DNA from: Myxococcota bacterium | GTDB lineage: Bacteria > Myxococcota_A > UBA796 > SXON01 | Reading direction: 5' to 3' | DNA length: 64,000 nt | NCBI GenBank assembly: GCA_040386535.1 | Contig: JAZKFH010000067.1 | Location: 32,001 to 96,000 of the forward strand | In this document: positions 57,040 to 64,000 of the stretch, piece by piece | Layout: every line of letters starts with the position of its first letter | How positions within the stretch are numbered: the stretch's first letter is position 1 | Program-made: the position numbers and the translations under genes | Notes under the pieces: model-generated | What the model was told of the DNA's origin: nothing | The model's input: the letters and a program-made list of their open reading frames with translations, nothing else | Database searches by the model: none

Positions 57040-59589
57040 TTGTCGCGCGCCCCGCGCGTGACCGTTCCTGGAGAGCCGTTGACCGCACCTGAAGACACCC
57101 TCGCCCCTTCCCCCGAGACCCCTGCCGCATCCGCCCAAGTGGAGCCGGAGCAGGGCATCGTAGAGGGTGGGCACCCCGCACCGGAGGCCGCCGCCTCCGA
57201 CGCGTCGGAGGCCCCTCCCGAGGCCCCCGCGTCGGACGCCGCCGCCGCGCCCGCCATCCCCTCCCGCCGCTCCGACTACGTGAGCGATCGCCACTTCGCC
57301 GACTTCCCGATCTCCTCCGAGGTCCTGCAGGGCCTGACCGAGCTCGGGTACAGCATGGCCACCCCGGTCCAGGCGATGACCATCGATCCCGCCCTGGCCG
57401 GCAAGGATCTGCTGGTCCGCGCGAAGACCGGCACCGGAAAGACCGCCGCCTTCTGCGTTCCCGTGGTCGAGCGCATCCCCGCCGGCGTCCGGCAGCCCCG
57501 CGCGATCATGCTCGCCCCCACGCGCGAGCTCGCCATCCAGATCGCGCAGGAGTGCACCGGCATCGCCAAGTACAAGGATCTCCGCATCGCGGCGATCTAC
57601 GGCGGCGTCGGCTTCCCCCCCCAAGAGCAGGCCCTCCGTGACGGCTGCGAGATCGTCGTCGGCACGCCGGGTCGCATCCTCGACCACATCAAGCGCGGCA
57701 ACCTCGACCTGTCGAACATCAGCTTCGCCGTGCTCGACGAGGCCGACGAGATGTTGTCGATGGGGTTCCTCGAGGATGTCCGCAAGATCCTCGATCGCAC
57801 GCCCAAGTCCCGCCAGAACCTGTTCGTCAGCGCGACGATCAACGAGAGCATCAAGGGGCTGATCCGGAACTACCTGAAGGATCCGGAGGAGATCTACCTC
57901 TCGGTCGACGGGGAGAACGTCTCCAACATCGCCCACGTGCTCTACGAGACCAGCCCCGACTACCACAAGGCCCGCGCGCTCATCGATCTGATCGAGCTCG
58001 AGCGCCCCGCCTCCGCGCTGATCTTCTGCAACACGCGGGAGGACGTGAACACCGTCTACTCCTTCCTCGATCGGCAGGGTGTCGGCGTCGAGATGATCAG
58101 CGGAGAGCTCGCCCAGAACAAGCGCGAGAAGGTCATGGCCCGCGTCAAGGCCGGCGCCGTGCAGTACCTGGTCGCGACGGACGTGGCGGCCCGCGGCATC
58201 GACATCTCCGACCTGTCGCACGTCATCAACTACGCGCTGCCCGAAGATCCGAACGTCTACATGCACCGCTGCGGCCGCACCGGGCGCATCGGCAAGACCG
58301 GCATCGCGCTGACCCTCGCTGGCGGCGCCGACTTCTCGACGCGCCTGTCGCTCGAGCGGCAGCACAAGATCATCTTCGACGTGAAGCACCTCCCCACGCC
58401 CGACGAGAGCAAGAAGCTCCAGGCCGACCGCATCGCGCGCGCCCTGAAGACCGCCTCCGGCACGATGGCCTACGAGGCCTACATTGACGTGGTCAAGGCC
58501 ATCAAGGAGCGCCCCGACGCCGACATGGTGCTCGCGGTCGCCCTCCGCGGCTTCTTCCAGTGGGACCAGGCGCGCCGCGCCGCAGCGGCCGACGCCCTCG
58601 ACAACGAGGGTGGCGCCCCGTCCGAGCAGCGCACCGAGCAGCGGGACGACCGCGGCCGTGACGGTGGGCGCGATCGCGACCGCCCCCGCGGCGGCGATCG
58701 GGACCGCCCGCGTGACGATCGCCCGCGTGACGACCGCCCCCGCGATCGGGACCGCGGCGCCCGCAGCGACGGCCCCCGGAGCGACGGCCCCCGGAGCGAC
58801 TTCGCCCGGAGCGACGCGCCCCGGGAAGCCCGCGTGGACGGCGCCGCCCGGAGTGATGCCCCCCGCGAGGTCCGTGGGGACCGCGGCGAGCGCACCGACG
58901 CCCCCCGTGGCGACCGCCCGCCCCGCGGCGAGCGCAGTGACGCCCCCCGTGGTGACGCCCCCCGTGGTGACGCCCCCCGCGGCGACCGCCCGCCCCGCGG
59001 CGAACGCACCGACGCCCCCCGCGAGGGCCGTGGGGATCGTGGCGAGCGCACCGACGCCCCCCGTGGGGATCGCCCGCCCCGCGGCGAGCGCAGTGACGCC
59101 CCCCGAAGTGACGCGCCCCGTGGTGACCGCCCGCCCCGCGGCGATCGTCCGCCCCGCGCCGAGCGCACCGACGCGCCCCGCGCCGAAGTCACCGACGCTC
59201 CGCGCATCGAAGGCACGGACGCCCCCGCCGCCGAAGGCACCGACGCCCCCCGCGTAGAGGGCACGGAGGCCCCCGCGCCCCGTCCGGAGCGCAAGCGCCG
59301 CGAGCGCGCGCCCAAGGCCGAGGTCGCGCCCGCGGTGGACGCGGAGCCCGCCGCCAAGGCCGCACCGGCGTCCACGGAGGACGGCGGTGACGACGAGGGT
59401 AGCGATGAAGAAGGCGGCGAGATCGGTCCCGATGGCGTGGCGAAGAAGCGCCGCCGTCGTCGTCGTCGTGGCGGCCGTGGCGGCGCCGACGGAGCGCGCG
59501 CCGAAGGTGGCGAGCCCGGTGAGGCGAGCGCCGGCGGGGAGGCCGCCCCGAGCGGCGGCAGCGCCCCGAGCGGCACCTCCGCCGAGTAG
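57040..59589 (+). CDS. DEAD-box RNA helicase with long low-complexity C-terminal tail
   Basis: AKTGTGKT, PTRELA, TPGR, DEADEM, SAT, ARGID, HRCGRTGR; start approximate. Confidence 0.95.
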   Translation: MSRAPRVTVPGEPLTAPEDTLAPSPETPAASAQVEPEQGIVEGGHPAPEAAASDASEAPPEAPASDAAAAPAIPSRRSDYVSDRHFADFPISSEVLQGLTELGYSMATPVQAMTIDPALAGKDLLVRAKTGTGKTAAFCVPVVERIPAGVRQPRAIMLAPTRELAIQIAQECTGIAKYKDLRIAAIYGGVGFPPQEQALRDGCEIVVGTPGRILDHIKRGNLDLSNISFAVLDEADEMLSMGFLEDVRKILDRTPKSRQNLFVSATINESIKGLIRNYLKDPEEIYLSVDGENVSNIAHVLYETSPDYHKARALIDLIELERPASALIFCNTREDVNTVYSFLDRQGVGVEMISGELAQNKREKVMARVKAGAVQYLVATDVAARGIDISDLSHVINYALPEDPNVYMHRCGRTGRIGKTGIALTLAGGADFSTRLSLERQHKIIFDVKHLPTPDESKKLQADRIARALKTASGTMAYEAYIDVVKAIKERPDADMVLAVALRGFFQWDQARRAAAADALDNEGGAPSEQRTEQRDDRGRDGGRDRDRPRGGDRDRPRDDRPRDDRPRDRDRGARSDGPRSDGPRSDFARSDAPREARVDGAARSDAPREVRGDRGERTDAPRGDRPPRGERSDAPRGDAPRGDAPRGDRPPRGERTDAPREGRGDRGERTDAPRGDRPPRGERSDAPRSDAPRGDRPPRGDRPPRAERTDAPRAEVTDAPRIEGTDAPAAEGTDAPRVEGTEAPAPRPERKRRERAPKAEVAPAVDAEPAAKAAPASTEDGGDDEGSDEEGGEIGPDGVAKKRRRRRRRGGRGGADGARAEGGEPGEASAGGEAAPSGGSAPSGTSAE
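58640..59275 (+). repeat. coding tandem repeats (RGDRPPRGER/SDAP) in the helicase tail
   Basis: Short 15-30 nt units; near-identical blocks start at 58872 and 59028 (156-nt period). Confidence 0.85.
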
Positions 59590-59622
59590 CGTGGCGAGGC
59601 ATCCGCGGTCTACACTGCGCGG

Positions 59623-60420
59623 ATGCTGATCTTCGCCCTGTCCTTCGCCGCCCTCGCCCAGGAGGAGGGCGGCCTGTCCCTCACCCCCGCCGCTGACATC
59701 GATCTGTCCGGCCCGGGGGACTCCCCGCTCTCCTACGAGGGCGGGCTGGCCGGCAACGCCCCCGGCTACGTGCGCGGCAAGCCGCTCACCATCACCCACT
59801 CGTCCGGCAACGTGTCCGTGCGGTGCATGGAGGTCGAGGCCCTGTCCGGCCGCCTCCAGTACACGGTGTTCGGCTCGAGCGAAGGCCCGATGGAGTCCGT
59901 CGGCAAGGGCATCGGCATCGCCGTGTGGGGTGACTCCAAGGGCGGCGGCGTCAAGACGCGCGTGCCCTCGATGCAGTCCGGCGTCGCGCGCGCCCAGATC
60001 GACCTGACGGTCAACGTGCCGAAGGGCACCACGAGCCTCACCGTCTCGCAGAGCGGCGCCGGGTGGGTGCAGGTGATCGGCTGCTCGGGCAACGTGAAGG
60101 TGAACGCCGGCGGCGGCGGCGCCTTTGTCGGCGGCCCGCTCACGGCGTTCACGGTGTCGGCCGCGGGTGGCGACGTGAAGGTCGAGATGGAGGGGGACGC
60201 CGTGCTCACCGGCACGTCCGCCGCATCGTCGAACGCCAACCTCACCGTGATCATGCCCTACGCGCAGGGCGGGAAGATCTCGGTGAAGGGCGAGGAGGTG
60301 TCGGTGCAGCACATGGTCATGGGCACGAACACCGGCACCCTGGTCGCCGGGGACATGGGCGTGAGCGGCCCCTCCATCAGCCTGTCGGCGAAGAAGCGGG
60401 CCGAGGTCAAGTCGCCGTAG
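59623..60420 (+). CDS. exported beta-strand-repeat protein (DUF4097/adhesin-like)
   Basis: Signal peptide (SFAALA|Q); Gly/Val/Ser-rich repeats; IDLTVNVPKG. Confidence 0.65.
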   Translation: MLIFALSFAALAQEEGGLSLTPAADIDLSGPGDSPLSYEGGLAGNAPGYVRGKPLTITHSSGNVSVRCMEVEALSGRLQYTVFGSSEGPMESVGKGIGIAVWGDSKGGGVKTRVPSMQSGVARAQIDLTVNVPKGTTSLTVSQSGAGWVQVIGCSGNVKVNAGGGGAFVGGPLTAFTVSAAGGDVKVEMEGDAVLTGTSAASSNANLTVIMPYAQGGKISVKGEEVSVQHMVMGTNTGTLVAGDMGVSGPSISLSAKKRAEVKSP

Positions 60421-60468
60421 GCCCCCCGCCCCCCGCTCGTCAAAGGGCGGAGGGGGCGAAGGGAGCCG

Positions 60469-60870
60469 TCAGGTGCCGCGCGTCGTATCCATCGTCCACA
60501 CGGACATGGCCTTGACGCGGGCGCCCGAGCCCGTGATGCGCGCGTGACAGGCGAGCCGGAACGTCGGCTTGTCCTTCCACTTCTCGTCGAGCAGCTTCTT
60601 CTCGGCGGCGGTCGGCGCGGCGAGGCCGGTGCCATCGAGCACGTCGACCGTGCAGCCGCCGCACCCACCGTCGGGGCAGCCGGTCGCGATCGGGGTTTCG
60701 AGCGTCTGCGACGCCATCACGATGGTGTAGCGCTGCTCCGCTTTGACCTCGTGCTCCTTGCCCGTCGGCAGCACGATGCGGAGCGTTAGCGACTCGTCCG
60801 GCGCGGACCGGGTCGTGCCGCCGGCGCCCACGAGGCCCTTGATGCGATTGCGAATGCCCCAGGGTGTCAC
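60469..60870 (-). CDS. 2Fe-2S ferredoxin-like protein
   Basis: CPDGGCGGC ... RLAC. Confidence 0.88.
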   Translation of the reverse strand: MTPWGIRNRIKGLVGAGGTTRSAPDESLTLRIVLPTGKEHEVKAEQRYTIVMASQTLETPIATGCPDGGCGGCTVDVLDGTGLAAPTAAEKKLLDEKWKDKPTFRLACHARITGSGARVKAMSVWTMDTTRGT

Positions 60871-61736
60871 TTCGAATCCTCCCGCTCGTTGCCCTCGAGC
60901 TCCCGGGTCAGGAACTCGAACGCGTCGTCCACCGAGTCCGTCCGATGAACGAGCCCGAGGTCACGCTCGGCGATGGTACCCCACTCGACCATCTTCTCGA
61001 GGTTGATGATCGAATCCCAGTAGTCGGTGCCGAAGAGCACCATGGGCAGCTTCTTCTTGATCTTGCCGGTCTGGCGGAGCGTCAGGATCTCGAACAGCTC
61101 GTCCAACGTGCCGAAGCCGCCGGGGAGGATGACCATCGCCTTGGCGAGGTAGGCGAACCAGTACTTCCGCATGAAGAAGTAGTGGAATTGGAACGCCAGC
61201 TCCGGCGTGCAGTAGTCGTTGACGCTCTCCTCGAAGGGCAGGGAGATGCCGAGGCCGACGCTGCGGCCGTTCTCGACATCGGCGGCGCCACGGTTGGCGG
61301 CCTCCATGATGCCGGGACCGCCACCCGAGCAGACCACGTAGCGACGGCCGCCCGTGCGCTCGAGGCTCCACTTGGTGAGGCGCGCGGCGAGCTCCCGCGT
61401 GTCGTCGTAGTAGCGGGCCAGGCGGACGCCGCGCTGCGCCTGCGCGAGCTCGGCGACGGCCTTGGGGCGATGCGACTCCTCCTCCACGGCCTCGACCGCG
61501 CGCTGGGCGCGCTCGAGCTCGGCACGGGCGTGCTCCGGATCGCGCACGCGCGCGGAGCCGAACATCACGATCGTGTCCTTGACCTGCTGCTCGATGAACC
61601 GCGTCCGAGGCTCCTCGTACTCGCACAGAAGGCGGATGTGCCGCGCGTGGGAGCTGTTGAGGAACTTGAGGTTCTTGTAGGCCTTCTCGGTGGGCGGCAA
61701 ACGGACTCCGTTGAAAAGTCCGTCAACGTAACGCAC
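60867..61736 (-). CDS. LOG family protein
   Basis: FGSAR, GGGPGIMEAANRGA, FHYFFMRK, PGGFGTLDELFE. Confidence 0.93.
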   Translation of the reverse strand: MRYVDGLFNGVRLPPTEKAYKNLKFLNSSHARHIRLLCEYEEPRTRFIEQQVKDTIVMFGSARVRDPEHARAELERAQRAVEAVEEESHRPKAVAELAQAQRGVRLARYYDDTRELAARLTKWSLERTGGRRYVVCSGGGPGIMEAANRGAADVENGRSVGLGISLPFEESVNDYCTPELAFQFHYFFMRKYWFAYLAKAMVILPGGFGTLDELFEILTLRQTGKIKKKLPMVLFGTDYWDSIINLEKMVEWGTIAERDLGLVHRTDSVDDAFEFLTRELEGNEREDSK

Positions 61737-61885
61737 GGGCTCGACTCGCGGTCTGCTATCTCCGGCGCTGGCCGCCGAGGAATTCGTCCGCGACCGGTAG
61801 CGCGTCCTCGGCGGAGTGGTGTCTACAGTCGCGGAACCGGTTCGGGACCACCCCTTCCGCCCGTTGACCCCCCAGGAGACCCTCG

Positions 61886-62476
61886 ATGACGCGCCTCATG
61901 CTGCTCCTCCCGCTCGCCGCCCAGCTCGGCGGCTGCATCATCTACGACACCCACGGCCGCGGCCGCGACAAGGACGAAGACGGCTGGTGGGACACCGGCG
62001 ACACGGGCGGCGGCCCGGTCGATGACACGGACGGCGACACCGACGTCGACCCCGGCGACACCGACGGCGCCTCGTTCGCCTTCACGCTCACCCCTTCGCG
62101 CGGCGAGATCGGCTCCACCTTCATCGCGTCGCTCACCGCGACCGGCGAGGCCTTCGACTTCGCGACGGTGCAAGGCGTCGAGGTCTACGGAGACGCCGAG
62201 GTGCTCGCCACCGAGGCGCGCCCCGGCGAGCTGCTCCTGACCATCTCCATCCCCGCGTCCGCCGCGCCCGGCACCGCCGACCTGCTCCTGCTGCTCCCCG
62301 AGGACCGGGTCGAGTTCCTCGGCGACGCGCTCACGCTGGTCGTGGCCGGCGACGACGACGAGCCCACCGACGGCTCCGGTGACGGCGACGGTTCGGGCGA
62401 TGGCTCCGGCGACGGTTCGGGCGATGGCTCCGGCGATGGTTCGGGCACGGACGACAGTGGCGACGCCTGTCCCTGA
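61886..62476 (+). CDS. acidic lipoprotein with GDGS repeats
   Basis: QLGGC lipobox; Ig-like middle region; 12-nt repeats encoding (GDGS)n near 62370-62450. Confidence 0.75.
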   Translation: MTRLMLLLPLAAQLGGCIIYDTHGRGRDKDEDGWWDTGDTGGGPVDDTDGDTDVDPGDTDGASFAFTLTPSRGEIGSTFIASLTATGEAFDFATVQGVEVYGDAEVLATEARPGELLLTISIPASAAPGTADLLLLLPEDRVEFLGDALTLVVAGDDDEPTDGSGDGDGSGDGSGDGSGDGSGDGSGTDDSGDACP

Positions 62477-62485
62477 CACACGCGC

Positions 62486-62520
62486 GCGCCCCCTGCCCGG
62501 CGTGTCCGGGCAGGGGGGCG
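62486..62520. terminator. GC-rich hairpin after the lipoprotein gene
   Basis: CCCCCTGCCCGG-CGTGT-CCGGGCAGGGGG; no U-tract. Confidence 0.45.
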
Positions 62521-62588
62521 TCGCGCTACATGGTCGCCCTGTGGCGGGCCCAGCGGCTGGCCCAGTGGCGGTTCCTGTGGCGAGCAGC

Positions 62589-63098
62589 GTGGCGGATCCA
62601 CTCGACATCACCGCGCTCTATCGACGCTACGGCGATCTCGTGCTCGGCCGCTGCCGCACGTTGCTCCGCAACGAGGCCGACGCGCAGGACACCGTCCAGG
62701 AGGTGTTCCTCAAGCTCCACCGCTACCGGGACTCCTTCCGGGGCGAGTCCTCTCCGTCGACCTTCCTGTTCAAGATCACCACCACCACCTGCCTGAACCG
62801 CATCCGCACGCGCAAACGTCGGCCGGAGGACCCCGTCGAGGAGCTCCCCCCCGTGCGCGAAGGCACCGAGAGCGTGCTCGACCGGCTCGCGGTGCGGGAC
62901 CTCGTCGATCGCCTGCTCGCGGGCCAGGACGAGCGGACGCAGGACTGCGTGGTCTACCACTACGTCGACGGCATGACGCACGACGAGGTGGGCGAGCTGC
63001 TCGGGATCTCGGGCGCCGCGGTGCGAAAGCGCATCTCGACGTTCCGGACCTCCTTGCGCGACACGCCCCCCTCCTGGCTCGCGGAGATCGCACCATGA
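62589..63098 (+). CDS. ECF RNA polymerase sigma factor
   Basis: LYRRY, DAQDTVQEVFLK, FRGES, GMTHDEVGELLGIS; start approximate (GTG 62589). Confidence 0.92.
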   Translation: MADPLDITALYRRYGDLVLGRCRTLLRNEADAQDTVQEVFLKLHRYRDSFRGESSPSTFLFKITTTTCLNRIRTRKRRPEDPVEELPPVREGTESVLDRLAVRDLVDRLLAGQDERTQDCVVYHYVDGMTHDEVGELLGISGAAVRKRISTFRTSLRDTPPSWLAEIAP

Positions 63099-63823
63099 CC
63101 CACATCTCCACCCTCCGGCTCCACCAGCTCCGTCTCGGCGAGCTCGACGCCCACGCCCGCGCTCCGCTCGACGCCCACCTCGCCGACTGTGCGTTGTGTG
63201 CCGGTCGCCTCGGCCACCAGGACGCCGAGCGCGCCGCGTTCGTACGCACCCCCGTCCCCGCGGGGCTCGTTCCGCGGCCCACGTGGGCGGAGCGGCTCGG
63301 TCGTTGGCGGGCCGTACTTCTCCTCGTCCCCGTGCTCGCCGCCACCCTCCTCGTCGTGCGCGCCGTGCCCTCCTCCCTCACCAGCGCCGGGCCCCCCGCC
63401 CCCACGAGCGACGCGCCGTTGGTGGAGGAGGACATCCTGCGCACGAAGGGCGGCGGCGGGCCGCTGCTCGAGGCGTGGGTCAAGACGGGAGAGAGCGCGC
63501 GCCCCCTCTACACGGGCGAGCGCCTCCGCGGCGGCACGCGTGTACAGCTGAAGTACGACGCGGGCAAGCACCGCTTCGTGACGCTCGCCGGTCGGGACGC
63601 GAAGGGCACGGTCGAGGTGTACGGCACGCTCCCCGCCGGCGGCCCGGGCCTCGCGACGGCGCCCTTCGCCCTGACGCTCGACGATAGCAAGGGCGATCAG
63701 GCGTTCTTCGCCATCCTCACCGACACGCGCCCCGCGCCGGACTCGGTGCTAAAGGCGCTCGCGGTGGAGCCCATCCGAATGGACTCCGGCGAGATCGCGT
63801 CCGTGGTGCTGCGCAAGGAGTAG
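63095..63823 (+). CDS. zinc-finger (ZAS) anti-sigma factor with TM helix and periplasmic domain
   Basis: HLADCALC (HxxxCxxC), TM segment, LRTKGG; ATGA overlap with the sigma gene. Confidence 0.8.
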   Translation: MTHISTLRLHQLRLGELDAHARAPLDAHLADCALCAGRLGHQDAERAAFVRTPVPAGLVPRPTWAERLGRWRAVLLLVPVLAATLLVVRAVPSSLTSAGPPAPTSDAPLVEEDILRTKGGGGPLLEAWVKTGESARPLYTGERLRGGTRVQLKYDAGKHRFVTLAGRDAKGTVEVYGTLPAGGPGLATAPFALTLDDSKGDQAFFAILTDTRPAPDSVLKALAVEPIRMDSGEIASVVLRKE

Positions 63824-63825
63824 GC

Positions 63826-64000
63826 GTGCTGGCTCTCTGGTGTGCCCTGTGGAGCTCGGTCGCCCATGCCGGCGTGCTCCGCCACGCGTTGATCGTCGGG
63901 GCGAACCAGGGGGGCGGCAACCTCGAGCCGCTGCGCTACGCCGAGCTCGACGCCGACCGCGTCTCGGCCGTGCTGGTGGAGCTCGGAGGCTACGACGCGG
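63826..64000 (+). CDS. caspase (peptidase C14) family protein, N-terminal part
   Basis: Manual translation: signal peptide, then RHALIVGANQGG..LRYAELDADRVSAVLVELGG; runs off the window. Confidence 0.75.
   Translation, partial: MLALWCALWSSVAHAGVLRHALIVGANQGGGNLEPLRYAELDADRVSAVLVELGGYDA

Noticed and set aside
58640..59275. Possible CRISPR array (also the 12-nt repeats at 62370-62450)
   Set aside because: In-frame coding repeats with no unique spacers, and no cas genes in the window.
60867..61736. LOG gene as part of the SLOG-containing conflict system
   Set aside because: Typical stand-alone LOG protein in core context about 47 kb away, coupled to a ferredoxin.

Overview
High-GC window, probably from a Myxococcota/deltaproteobacterial genome (inferred from the ACIII type, a DUF4388-J protein and an ECF/anti-sigma/caspase trio). 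It splits at tRNA-Thr(CGT) (34735-34810, minus strand). The left part (1-34.7 kb) looks like an accessory island abutting the tRNA 3' end. It holds: (i) a translationally coupled operon of a GT8-like glycosyltransferase, a divergent cis-prenyltransferase, a small ORF, a TIR-TPR protein and a GT2; (ii) a vWA-MoxR-VMAP ternary conflict system carrying TIR, a Walker-A-degenerate STAND domain and two SLOG domains; (iii) an esterase and a complete IS21 with a 7-bp target duplication inside a decayed beta-propeller gene; (iv) a 10-gene coupled minus-strand operon of sugar/nucleotide-tailoring enzymes with unusual fusions (GT4-radical SAM/SPASM, WG-repeat-kinase, carbamoyltransferase-O-methyltransferase), divergent from a large HTH/degenerate-NTPase gene. 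The right part is core-like: NUDIX, rsmD, lipoproteins, alternative complex III (actA-F), peroxiredoxin, epmB-efp-(TadG-like)-epmA, fabG, a DHH phosphoesterase, a DEAD-box helicase with a repetitive tail, ferredoxin, LOG and ECF sigma/anti-sigma/caspase. All family calls come from reading motifs by eye; no searches were run.
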